The translations under genes and the position numbers were made by a program. A stretch of 63,785 nucleotides of DNA, filler included, from Calcarisporiella thermophila CBS 279.70 (lineage: Eukaryota; Fungi; Calcarisporiellomycota): assembly GCF_041956535.1 (NCBI RefSeq). It is 8 parts of 8 records of this genome, joined end to end, with 100 filler letters (N's around TTAATTAATTAA, not from the genome) between each part and the next. Parts side by side here need not be neighbours in the genome. Positions count along the whole stretch, not along the records: positions 3,990 to 17,786 come from NW_027192210.1; positions 17,887 to 21,905 come from NW_027192192.1; positions 22,006 to 25,266 come from NW_027192247.1; positions 25,367 to 54,050 come from NW_027192202.1; 4 more parts are not named here. One strand, 5' to 3'. Under the pieces are notes generated by a model, which was not told the origin of the DNA, made no database searches, and saw only the letters and a list, made by a program, of their open reading frames with translations. This document shows positions 13,044 to 25,827 of the stretch, piece by piece. Position 1 is the first letter of the stretch, and every line of letters begins with the position of its first letter.

Positions 13044-14233
13044 ATGGATCAAAAGACTGTTGATCCTAAATTATGGAAAATTGCTCACGACGAGAAGGTA
13101 GCTGTATTTATCCTCGGTAAGTGCTTTTTAAAGATAACAACAACTCAATATTATTACTAGAGGATAATATTTAATATTTGTTATATCCCACTCTAAACTT
13201 TTTTTTTGCAAATAGGAATGATCTTTTCGATATTTATATTAAACATATATCTTTCTATTACGATGCTGCGAAAGTTTACTCAAACCGTATACTGGCTTTG
13301 TCTCCTTGCCAACTTAATGGGTCCTATACGTCTAATTGGGTTCCTAGTCCCTTATCTTGGACCCCCAGGTGGCAACTGCAGTTATGTATGCTATTTGACT
13401 AACGTTCCACATGAAATATCACTGGATGCTGTTACCGGCATCTTGTAAGTGATTTTGAAATATTTTCTATATTTTTATTCCATTTAACCAGATAAGTTTT
13501 TGTAATTATTTTAGAATGATAAAGGCATATGCATCCTATAATCGCCAACTATTCATCCCCATTATCACCGCATTTCTGATAGCTGGTTCAATCACGGCCC
13601 ATTTTCTTCACAATGCTCAAGCAGTATATGTAAAAAGCCCATTTGGCGGATGCTCTAATATCCCGTACATGCCTTATGTCATAATGTGGTTTGCGTTCAT
13701 CTGGGCCCAAAATGCTTTCCTTAATGTTATTTTTTGTATCAAGCTATTTTCAGTACGGAAAAATTCGATTTATCGCAGCCTTATCCGCGATGGAGTATTA
13801 TTTCTTCTTTTGCTCACGCTATCGAATATAATCACAATGATACTAATATACTTTCATGTACTCGGAGACGAATCGACCATACTATTTGACGTTGACTGTA
13901 AATTTACCTCTCATTGATGCATATACTGGATTAATAGCTAACATATTACATTTTTCTTCAGTAATTTTAGCCTGCAGTCTCATTACTTTACATCTCTGGA
14001 ACTGTGCATGCTTGCGATCTGAGAATTCCAGTTTTCAGAATATAAATAGTCATCCTCAAGAATCATTTAAAGACAGTCTTTCGCATGCAGCACCTTCAAA
14101 TTTTCAACCGAAAATTTTACCGAGGCAAGATCGTTCATTTCTACCAACAACGTATATTGATTCATTCGAATTAGATAATGGTCTGGAGTTGAATGGATGC
14201 TCAAACAATAGAGTGGAACGAATAACTTTATGA
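13044..14233 (+). CDS. Multi-pass membrane protein (GPCR-like fungal family), multi-exon
   Basis: Consecutive hydrophobic exons separated by GT..AG introns; SLIRDG motif before a TM helix; polar C-tail. Confidence 0.55.
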
Positions 14234-14608
14234 TGATAAATGCTATATATTTATATTGAACCTGCTTCACTATCCTGAGTTACCACATATTATTTACCTG
14301 TCTATAATGATGCTCTTTTATAATTATATATATATGATTGGTATGATTTAACTAATCATATTACTTGGACACTTAGTAAAATATTATATATCGAGGATAT
14401 ATTTTGTAGTTTGCATTTTTCGGGATTATCGTGGAATGTGATGCGGAAATGTGGGTTTTCATATATGAATTAAGGAGCGGAACGTTAGTGCATGAATGGC
14501 GACTTGGATTGTGACAGTGAGAGCTTGGGTTGTATGATGGACTTAATTGAATCGCGCAGGGTAAGAGGGGAACTCTTAGGAGACATTTAGCCCTATAATT
14601 CTTACTTA

Positions 14609-14950
14609 AGCCTAGCGTATGCGACGGCTTAAGGGAAATGGACAAGGCAAAGTCAGCAGTCCACGCTTCACGATGATGAGGCCGGTATATTGCATAAAAT
14701 GAGCTGGTTCAAAGAATAAAACAAACAATAAAAAAAACTTGTTAAAAATAGATGTTCAAAACTATAAGAAGGAGTCACTCAAGAAATTGTCTCTTTGGAT
14801 GTTCCAAGAAGAGGGAAGGGAAAAAGAACTCAAAACCAAAAAAAAAAAATAAAATAATAAAAAAAAAAATATTTTGAGGGGAGGGAGGTGAAGCGTGGAC
14901 TGCTGACTTTGCCTTGTCCATTTCCCTTGAGCCGTCGCATACGCTAGGCT
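14609..14950. mobile_element. Short non-coding DIRS-related element with 63-bp inverted repeats
   Basis: 14609-14671 and 14888-14950 are reverse complements (62/63). About 14652-14720 matches the terminus of the DIRS remnants at 34960 and 59210. Confidence 0.7.
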
Positions 14951-15484
14951 AAAATAAGAAGAATTATGGAATAAGGATTCATTGAGTCCACATTACGAAA
15001 TCGTAAAGGTAGGGTTCGCGATTCTATATGTTTTCACATCTCTACGATTTCTATAAGAATTTTAACTAATTCCTCTATTGGAGTATTTTTGTAGGATTAA
15101 GAGTTATTATACGATCGACAAAGATATATTTATAAAGAATGAAGCATTGTTTATTAAAAATACAACTAGTTCATTTATAGAAGCATTTGATGGAATGTAG
15201 GGATATAATTGATTGGACTTTATATATATTATCAGTTCAATACGCGCCAAAATTTGTGCTGTTGTTAGATCGTTTATCGAATCATCCTCATAAGTCGTGT
15301 GATGAGGTTGTTTGTCCATGTTTGAACAGTGGAGCAGCGAAGCGAAAATTGAAAACATAGGATCCATTGATACAAACGCCAATCCTGTACTTGCATTAAT
15401 TGGGATAGCTATTCAATAAACTGCTCATATTGCCATTTTTCGTTTTTTATTTGCGTAGTTACTGCGTTTATGTTATCTATAGGC

Positions 15485-17786
15485 TTAAACAATAGCATAA
15501 TCATCATTGATAAGTCGTTCTATTGCAGGTCCTTCGTCACAAACTTGATGATATCCTTTAGAGTGCGGATACACTCTCTCTGCTCTTCTGACTCTAGTAA
15601 TATGGATATTCTCATCAAAGAAAATATCCATATTACTAGAGTCGATATAGACCATGACGTCTTCCTCCACAAAGCCATTCTCGATTCTCTGCTTCACATA
15701 AGATTTCGGGGTGTTGTTTTGAACTCTTGGAAATAGGAGGTGGATTCGTAGTATTCCTTTAAGTTCCACGGGTACCTTCGATTCTTCGAATTTTTGTCTG
15801 ATTCCCTTTAATTCTTCATGTTTGTCGGCCTTCTTACTTATAAAACTAAGGCGTATGTCACTTGACGAATCGTTTTCATTACATCTGTCCTTTGGTATGG
15901 AGGATGAGTAAAGTTTGATCGCTAGAGAGCCAGCATATTCTCTATCAAAGAACCATGCACCGTCCTGACGTGTTCCAGGTTGTTCTTCAAGCAGCTTATT
16001 AAGCGGTCGATTCACTAGAAAGTTGAGGTCGCCTTCCACGCCGCTGCCCAAACCATACCCCTCTGCTGCTTTGATTTCATCAATTTGAATCGTAAATTTG
16101 CTGCACCATCCAGGTAGATTTAACCATTTTAGAAATGGTAGATTCGAAAGCTGATATCCATTGAAATGTTGTAAAGAGCATCTTACTAGCGCCTCGAATG
16201 CGTTTCCATTAGTAGTCGAGTTCGCGCCCAGAAATTGAATAATTTTGTCCAGTTGTTGAAGGTGAGTAATGTATGATGCATCGATGCATTTATTTCGAAG
16301 TACCTCCTCTATAGCCTCAATAACCAATGGCTCATCCATGACCCAATGGAAGCTATTATTATCGCGGCGCAGGGCACATAAGTTGTTAACAAAGTCGCAC
16401 TCCGATTTGTATGGGAATGAAATCTTGCCACGATGAAGTTTGAATGCCATAACCATGCGACAAAGAAGAGGTATGATTTCCTTGTACTTTTCAATTTTGC
16501 TTTCAATTTCTGCAACTAGGTCCACTCTCAACTGTTGAATAGTCTGATTCATAGCTTTATCAATCAATTCTTGCTTGGATCCAGTACCAGAATCGCATAA
16601 AACAGAGAGCTCCTTAATGACTCTGGTTCCAAATCGAGCACGTCCACTGAGCTTCTGTCGCTTGGCATCGGCAATTACACAACCATCCAAGTTGAGAGTC
16701 CTTTTTAACATTTTCTCCACAGCCTCACCATCACCTGATGGGAAGTTGACAATATTTATTAAATTCTCAGGCTTACCGATCGCCGTATAGACATGCTCTG
16801 CATTGCCAAGAGATAGTGAGGTTCCAAGGACAATCAAAGTCGCGCGTATCCTGGAAACTGATGAGCACAAAGGTGTGAGAAAGCCACGGCGATATATACT
16901 CTTTAACATAAACTTGTTGTCCATTAGATCCTTCTCGCTCTTGTTGACTGCTGATGGTGCAATAAACCGACCTTTCAGGATGTATTCATCTGCTATATGC
17001 ACCTCATCTAATGCAATTGCGAGTCCTCTATTGCCGATCTTCTCCGCAATTATGTCCTGAACTCGTCGGAACATTGCTCGAATTGTGATGTTATCATACA
17101 CACGTAGTGCTTCCACTAGTTCTCCGATTGTTGATATTCCATTAGTAGTCTGCTCGCGGAAGAATTGTTCTGGTGAGAGGTCACTATTAATGTCGAAGAG
17201 CATCAACAGGAACAACAGGCGAGCTAGGAACTCTAGGTTGATACGATCTTCGATTAAGTCTTTCAGCGTGCTGTCCTTGGACAATACCTGATCAAATGAC
17301 TCTGGAGGCTTCTCATGTACCCTGCGATGAAAATCATAGGCTTCTTTCGCGAGATTGTCAAAATTTGGATCCTGAAATCCCGGTGGTTTGCGAGAGTGCG
17401 GATCAGAACATACAACGTACACAACAAAGTGATGTCTTGCCAAATCAACTACTGTGGCTGTTTTCCCTGATCCTGACCGAGCAATCAATGCTACAACGCA
17501 GTGGTCAGTTGACTTGCTAGCGTCGCCGTTAACAATATCAAGCAAAGTTTGAGGATTGTCTGAAGTTACTGTTGGTTCCATGTCCAACAACTTTCCGAGC
17601 ATTGGTAGGTTGATGTCTGCCGCTGTATGGCCATATGGTAAAATGGATTTATAGAAGCGGCCGAATATTTTCTTTTGACTCTGCTCGACGCTAGCATTAT
17701 CCACTATGTGAGCTTTGTGGCTCTTTTTCGATATGGAGATGATTTGGTTCAGTGTTGCAGTAATTCGGTCATGTTGAACGAATATT
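15485..17786 (-). CDS. Crinkler-like P-loop NTPase + PD-(D/E)XK nuclease protein (5' truncated by linker)
   Basis: Walker A ARSGSGKT, Walker B AIALDE, GNAFE helix, RQDG...SLAIK nuclease-like core; intronless; frame open up to the gap. Confidence 0.7.
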
Positions 17787-18637
17787 NNNNNNNNNNNNNN
17801 NNNNNNNNNNNNNNNNNNNNNNNNNNNNNNTTAATTAATTAANNNNNNNNNNNNNNNNNNNNNNNNNNNNNNNNNNNNNNNNNNNNCCTATAAATTCGGG
17901 GTGCTATTCAATGATATCCTAGTTTTACCAGAAATGCATTTATAACCGGGGTAGCGGTTGGAACAGCACATAGTGTAGATCCAACAGTGTTTAATAATAA
18001 AGCCGCTGTTATAATATTCCATCCATTCAGGAGATATGAGCATTCAAAGGAAAATTGTTAAAACACGCTGTCACATTTTTCCCTACTTGTAATACTACAT
18101 CATTAAATTGAGACTCAAATTGTTTGACATTGCAATAAAAAGGTTGATTTCCAAAATCCAATAAATAAAATCAAACATGAAATTATTTTAGTATTTTCTT
18201 CTTTCGTATGCATATTACATTCGTAAAATTTATTTACTGAATATGTTTGATACGTGATAATAAACCATCAAATAACAAGTCTTGGGCCAAAAGGATGAGG
18301 TGTTTATGCCGACTTACCAGCTTTCTTACATCCAATTTTTACCGCATTTTAAATGTTCTTACAGTGTAAATTAAATGATTTTGTAGAGATTCCTAAGTAA
18401 GTTCATTAAAAAGACTTTTATTGGGGATACTCTCTAACGACTAACCAGAGTATATTTTATCATATATTTTGCCATCTTGCTATCATACAGTATTGATTTG
18501 GCTTGGTTTACTAATAGCCACACATACTATGACTATTTCATGAATTATCAACGTTTAGAATAGGATATATTGCTGCAGTTTGTTTATATGATGATAATTT
18601 ATAACGAGAATATTGATAGATAATATGTCTGCATGGT

Positions 18638-20761
18638 TTACCAAGCAGCATCTACATGAATACGCCATAGTTCGCGATAGCCGTTCTGATATGCTGTACG
18701 TGTATGGTGCAATGCCATGTTGTCGTTGATGAGGATATCGCCCTCTTCCCACTGGTGGCGATAGCATACACGCCTGTCGTATAATAAGGTAGTCAGCTTC
18801 TCACAAATATCATCGCTCTCCTCTTTGCTGACGCCTAGAATAGTGACATATGTAGGTTGGCATGCAGCTGTTTTGGATTCGGGCCAGGGCTCATGGAAGC
18901 GTAATGTTGGTACGTCAGTCACAGGATGAGGCGATATCAATGGTAGTTTGATGGATCTGCCTCCAAATGCATCGTTAGCTGGCGTATAGCTGGTCCATTC
19001 GAGTTTGCTGAGCTTCTCAAGGGACAACTCAGCTGGGAGCAGCTCAAGTAACAGTTTGGATGACGAGAAAAGGGTCATTCCGCCCACGGCAGTGCTTGCT
19101 TTGTTGCGGAACATCTGGAAGCTGTAGTATTCAGTAAGTAGAAGAAATTAGACTAACCTTGTCAGGAGATTGTACAAAGAAGGTGGCTGTTACTTACAGT
19201 GGTGGCCTTGGAACGAGTTCTCCTTTGTCATTTTCGGCCATCTTAAAGCATCCATCATAATGGAAAGGCATGTCTTCTTGAGTCAAGACATTGTTCATGT
19301 TGATATCAGCGTTCTCTCGAACTTCGAGAATGTCCCCAAAAGGCCACATCTGGATCTCACCCAGCTCGGAAGCTTTCTTGCGGAAGATGTCCTTGTCAAT
19401 GGGCATCGCGAAGCCACGAAGAACGACAGGAGAGTTGGAGAGAGCGAGATGTCGAACCTTTTGCATGTCGACTTCTACGAAATTGTATTCCTGACCTTTG
19501 CACGCAGGTTTGACCAGGATTCCGCACGGATATAAGAGCTCAAAAGTGAGATCCATACCCTCCCATTCGTAGACACCGTTGATCTCTCGTAATAGCCAAG
19601 GTTTTCCCTCTTTGAGTATGACTTCGCATTTCGCCTTGTCCGGGATATTCTCGCTATGAAGCACAGCCAAGTTCACGTTGCCGTCTTGATATGGCGTATT
19701 GTGCCAAGGGGTTACAGGCTTCTTGATAAAGTCGCTGCCGGGGAACAAAGCTATAGCAAGTTTGTCCGTGTTGTCGGCGGCATGGATCGAAAGACGGACG
19801 TTCGAAGCGAATTTCTCAGCAATAAGGTTTGCAAAGCACTACTCGGAAATTTGCCCAATCTTTTTAGTTTCGATCGTGACGAAAAAGTTAAAAATGTCTA
19901 CTAGCTTTGCCTCTGCTTACCTTGCCGCGCTTGATCATCTCCTTGGCAATGATGCTTTGCGCTTTCTTCTGTGCGGTTTTGCCCTCCTCACCGCGCATAA
20001 TCTCATCCAGGTCAAGAGCAAGAAAGCGAAGGTAGCCACGATAAGTGGCCAATGCATTGGGATCTTCTGCGATTTTTTTCTCAAAGTCATAGCCTTCGGG
20101 AAGGTATTCGTTGAGGAGACGAGCCTTGGTACGGCCAATTTGCTCGACATACTGCTCTTCTGTCTGTGGAACTGGCTCACCCATCAGTTGGCTAACGCGA
20201 ACAAACTCGATGTATTTTAGGTCGAGGTTCTCTGCCATCTTGCGGATGCCCATGCCATATCGCCAAGTGTCTTCGTCAGACACGCTCAAAAGGTCTTTAC
20301 ATATAGAAAGGATAAGAGCATACGGGTTAATGCGCGGACCTTTCATCTTATCACTATAATAACATTATTTCCTTACCGTTGTATACTAAACCGTCACTAA
20401 CAATAATAATCCTCGCACCGGCGAAGTAGACTTCCTCAATAGATTGGCAAAGACCATTCAAATGGATCAGGGAAAACTCATCAGCTTTGTCGGGATAAAC
20501 ACCTATCACCTTGCGTATGCTGTTGGGGCTCTTGAACGGATACGCCGGAAGGACCATATCGATCTGTTGGCCGCTCAACACCATCGTTCGAACCTTGGCA
20601 TGAATCTTGGGACGACCAATTTTCTCAAACTTGTCAAAAGGACTAGTGATACGATATCGAGCAAGAATATCGCATATCTTGTGGGCTAAGTGATCGGCTT
20701 TTAGATACTTGCTAGACTCGTGGCTCGGTTGTATGAATGTAGTAGAGGATAGTTTAACCAT
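18638..20761 (-). CDS. Isocyanide synthase (Dit1/PvcA) fused to TauD-type Fe/2OG dioxygenase (PvcB-like), 627 aa; introns 20295-20376, 19839-19920, 19122-19197
   Basis: LPAYPFKSPN, IVSDG, VRLSIH, TPWH (isocyanide synthase); FHYDG, HQWEEGDILINDN, HHTR, RELWRIH (TauD); all four exons splice in frame. Confidence 0.9.
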
Positions 20762-23700
20762 TATGTTGATATCAGGGTTAGGCGGATCGCGGAAGGGAGG
20801 GAATTTATGAAAGAGCTTGAAATCAATGAAAAGAAATATTGAGGATGGAAAACTTAGAGAGATAATGTGCAACGGCAGAGCGATGCTTCCTTTTATATAA
20901 TCGAAACAATGATAGGTCCGATGCTTCTAAGTATCCAAACACATAAAGTATTGATATTTCTTATGGATAATAGCAAGGACTAGCGTTAGACGACGAGTCT
21001 GAATTGACTTTCCATATCTGGGTTACTCCTCCAAATAGAGAGGATTGTTTGAGGATTACAGTCGAGATCTGGGTAGATTGCTTACAAATCCTGCTATATC
21101 TAAAAATGGATATCCCGCCAAGGATTTCGGCCATCCTTTGACTAACTCGGAATCCTCTACACCTCCTTAGAAGGTAAGGGATCAATATGTGATGATTTAG
21201 AGACAAGGTCCGAGACGCTCTTATCCAAAATCAGCTATAGCCTGTAAATGAAGATTAAGGGTGGAAGGAGAACAACTCTCTCAGAATGGTCCAGAGAGAG
21301 TAGACAAAATTACAGTAGTTGCATGTCATCCAGAATCAGGGTAGAAACTAGGGTGATTGGTTTCTGGCTCATAATCAATCCTTACAAAAAGTCCGCAAGA
21401 TGAAAACAAATAGATAACGTACAGTAGCATGTATAAAGAATTGAGAATGTTCACGATTCCTTATATATGTACGAACTTCCCACGTATTTTTTCAGGATTT
21501 TTTTTATATGAACAAAGGTTTACAAATTAAATTATATTGTAGATATTTGAACTCCGAAGGATTTATTAAAGGAAAGTTCTATTTGTACCCGGGTATAACT
21601 ATTAAATACCGCTAAGTTAGTTAATTGGCGGTTAGCCAAATGAAATGCAGGCTATACATTCATTGTCTAAGATCATCTAGCATGCTCACATTCCCGCCCA
21701 TTATACACATATTAATTAATATTTATTTTACACTAATACTTATTTAATATTTATGTTTACTTGTATCTTATTATTTTGATACATGAGTGATTTTAATTAT
21801 TTCCCACCCTCTGGCTACCTTGTTCGCAAGTGGCCGTGAATTATTTACTGTTTGTTTAATCTTTTATACTTTGCTGGTTGAGTAATAAAGTGGCGCAGTC
21901 AAATGNNNNNNNNNNNNNNNNNNNNNNNNNNNNNNNNNNNNNNNNNNNNTTAATTAATTAANNNNNNNNNNNNNNNNNNNNNNNNNNNNNNNNNNNNNNN
22001 NNNNNGATTCATCGCCTATTTTCTATTTTAATTTAGCCTAACCAATTAGACTGATCTTTAGAATAATCTTTACAATGATCTTCAACTTAATAAAGATTAC
22101 GCGTAATAGTTCAATGGCTGTTGGGAATCGAACTCTTATTGAATCCAAGTAAAAAGTGAAGACAAATAAAGCAAAGACACTGGATTTTTAATGGAGACAA
22201 ATTACAAAACAAGCACAAATGCATGATTGAAAAAACAAAAAACAAGTACGTGAACAACAAATGACTAAAGGCGAACAAACATTATAAAAGATCAATAAAC
22301 ATTATTATTAGATAGAAAAATACTGTTGCTTGGAACTTGGTCGAGTAATAGTGCCACTGTGAACGTGCTGTAAATCCTGAGCCCTCCTAAGATCAAAGCG
22401 GACACGCTACTTACCAGTTTACCACTGTTTCCAATCGTGATGCAGGTTCTAACTGTGGGAGCCTTTTTATGCAATCCGAAATCCACTTCCAACAAACCAC
22501 TGTCAAATCGGATACAGACAATACTGTGAAGTCGTAGCCTTTCTCTTTGCTAGAGAACAAGTCTTCTAGGACACATTTGTGCTGTATTCATTTGCCCATC
22601 GATTTTTTGAAAGTGGATAACAAATGCCCATAGAAAGATTTCCAAAGCGCAGTCTGCACCTCTATCGCGTTCAGTGGCGAACTGGTGGCTGCCTTGCCCG
22701 GTTTGATAATAAAGCATCCAATAGTCGATTCAGTAAAAGAAGAGGAAAATCGAACGTATAAACTGGTCCTCCTATTATCCTTCCTGACAACAATAATAAT
22801 TAAGAGACCGATTCAAAACCTCGAGCCCGCTTTGAGCCCGCGTGATGTAGAAGAGCAATCCTCTTGATTCCAGTCAAATCTGTCGCGAGAAGCAAATTCC
22901 CGATCAAGGAATATATCATATCATCAAATCTCACTAATGTAAGCAATAGCATGAAGTGACTATTTGCTCGTCGTCTAATTGTATGCATCCACTTACCATT
23001 CACAACCCCAGAGTTGTCATAGTTTTCGGATTTACACCTTCTGATAGAGGATTATTTGACTGGGAATGGATGCTAATATAAAAAGCTAAGTTCAATTAAA
23101 TTTTTCTGTTCGAAAGTTTGAGTGTTTGAATGCATACCTCGCAATAGAAGTCCCGATAGCTTGGGTATTAAAAATATTCTTGAAAACTAAACTGGCAGTA
23201 ATGTATTTCATTATACTGCTCAAAAAAAAAACAGCTCCATCTGGCTTTCTTTAAGCAGGTAGTGATGCAGGTGGATTTTATCTTTTTCTATCAACCATCT
23301 TCTCATTCAGCTTAACCGATCTCTTCGAATCAAACGGTACGGATTGGTAATACTTCAGCTGGGATTCTAGAGCAGCATTTCTCTCATACTCCAGTAGGTT
23401 GAAATAAAAGTAGAGTTGAAACTACAGTGGATCCACAATTGCTTGTAAATCCTATGTTAGATAAAGGATAGAAATAAAAGAATAGCCTTATGGGGAAAAG
23501 ATGGAGAGTGCGAGAGTGTAAAATCTACTAATATGCAAAATAATGACATTTTATAAATAAGCCACCTCCAATATAACATAATGTAAAACTTGCACGGTAT
23601 ATCGTGTTCACCAAGGCTATACTGTACAATAGGTACAATTACTATTGCACCTGCATCCCTATAGGAAGTCACATAGGGGAAAAAATAGGGAAAGTATAGA

Positions 23701-24291
23701 GGAATAACGTGGAAAACATAGGGAACACCTCACTTTCCCCATGATTTCCTGAAATTTCCTCTAAATTTTAAGAGAGACTGTATGTTGTTGCCTGATAAAA
23801 AATGAATTATTCTAACAAGAGAAAGAACGATGCAGATAAGATGCGGCAATAGCATATGCTATTGGATACAGAATATTTTTATGTGTAAAACTATTCTGTA
23901 TCCAACCTAAAGAATGCTTAGGCAACTTCATCCTCTTTTTCAAGACATGATACAACTTCAAAATACCAATGGTGAAGATGAACGAGACCAAGAGACCTTG
24001 CTTACACATTCAGTTGGATCTATAATATAACCGCATCCAAGGAGAAAATGAGGATATACTGTAAATTACAGCAATGCTCATTGCTTTGCTTTCGATGTCC
24101 GATATACGCTCTTTTGTGGATACAGTAAATCATATTTCCTCTCTTTATTTTATTCTCTTTATTTTTTTTTCCGGCCCATTCCATTCAATACACACCATCT
24201 AACTACTGCTGCCACAGGGCAGAGTCGATTTGTCCTGTAGCTCCCTAAAGTGGAGTCCTTGATTTTATTTTGATGAAATATTACAATGTTC

Positions 24292-25266
24292 TCATCTCAA
24301 CAATTCATTCCTTGCAAAGTAAACATGAGTTCCTGTCTTTCCCCGTACTGAATTCACCTGCCAAAATTTCGACGTCGCACACGAGGCAGGAACAACGCCA
24401 ATCTTCCGAAAGTGTTCCCAGAGTTGGTTGTCCAATTCCTGTGCACCCTCCTTACTAAGGCACGACACAACTTCAAAATATTGCTCACGGTATGGGAGCT
24501 CCCATCCTTGGGACCAGAAGCTTTTTGGGTTTTCCGGCGGTGCAAAATACATCTCGAACCGCTTAATCCATTTCAAGCTGCGCCCATCCACGCAAATAAA
24601 GTGCGGTCTTTTGACATAATGACAGATAGCCTCGTAAGTGAGAGTGGGTGGATCATGAACCACTGACGGGTCCCGTAAATGCATCTCCGGATTCGGGAAA
24701 CTCGCCCAAATATCTACTGTAAATTGGCCTATGATTCTCGCCGCGCTCTCCTTCAGATACTCTGACCTCGCTAACAACATCGAGGGTGTAAGATGTGCCT
24801 CATCCCTCATCTCCGAGATTTTTCCATTAGCTCTCTCATAAGCCAAGATCGCTTCTCTTCTAGTTTTTAAAATGCCGAGTGAACCATGTCCTACGGGAAT
24901 AAACTTAGCTTTGGCCGTGTCTGCGCTCGCCATCTCCTCTGCCTTTCTTGCCATCCTTTGACGTTTTTCTGCCAACTCGGGGCGTTTTCGAGAGAAATAA
25001 TTGGTTTCAAATCGCAGCTTGTCGTCCACTCCGAGCTTGTCTCTGGCCACATTCACCTGCAAGCGTCTCCAGTCGATTTTGTCTGTAAATGGGGCATTAT
25101 ACAATACAACTGAATTCTCTATCCCAAGAAGGCGGTTAAGCTCGCGATACCAAGAGACATCTTCAGGGCGGGACACTAAACTTTTGATCTGATTGCAAAT
25201 ATACGCCGCTAACCGTCTCCTCGACGGCTGCCCTCGTTCACGAGAGGGTAATTTTGCAAGGGCTCG
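24292..25266 (-). CDS. Hypothetical protein, intronless, 5' truncated by linker
   Basis: At least 324 open codons; no catalytic motif I can name. Confidence 0.55.
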   Translation of the reverse strand, partial: RALAKLPSRERGQPSRRRLAAYICNQIKSLVSRPEDVSWYRELNRLLGIENSVVLYNAPFTDKIDWRRLQVNVARDKLGVDDKLRFETNYFSRKRPELAEKRQRMARKAEEMASADTAKAKFIPVGHGSLGILKTRREAILAYERANGKISEMRDEAHLTPSMLLARSEYLKESAARIIGQFTVDIWASFPNPEMHLRDPSVVHDPPTLTYEAICHYVKRPHFICVDGRSLKWIKRFEMYFAPPENPKSFWSQGWELPYREQYFEVVSCLSKEGAQELDNQLWEHFRKIGVVPASCATSKFWQVNSVRGKTGTHVYFARNELLR

Positions 25267-25827
25267 NNNNNNNNNNNNNNNNNNNNNNNNNNNNNNNNNN
25301 NNNNNNNNNNTTAATTAATTAANNNNNNNNNNNNNNNNNNNNNNNNNNNNNNNNNNNNNNNNNNNNCCGCAGTCTATTTATCGAAAAATTTTGTTCAGGC
25401 TGAATAAACTGAGTGTATTACTTTGTCTCGTCTTCCAACATTATGATTTTACGAATATGTATAATGAAGGAATTTTAAGAATAACGCTCTTACCATTCTA
25501 TAGGAAACCCTTGTACACACGGTTTAAAATGTAAAAAAAAGTACCCAAAATGTGATAACGAGCAAATCCGTAAATCCAATGGCATAAAATAAAATATAAT
25601 TTACTATGGTTTGGCCTGTGCAACCGGAGAGGGTAAATAATTGCCGATTGCGCCCAATTCTCTTATTTTCCGGTGAATTTTCCGAGAATTTAGGCCACAT
25701 CAGATTTTTAATGCTGACATATGTGCTAAATTATTAATATCCCCCCTGGCACTTTCGGTGCATCCATTCTATATAAAATTGCTATCTTCGAACTAGCTAT
25801 GAGCCCTAGCCAAGAAAGAAAATCAAT

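Noticed and set aside
21585-21905. LTR plus PBS-like TGGCGCAGTC at a contig end
   Set aside because: No CA terminus before the motif and no second copy in the window.
22200-23450. Decayed coding-like minus-strand sequence (similar cases at 27400-28400 and 35800-36400)
   Set aside because: Multiple stops and no recognisable motif; cannot assign.
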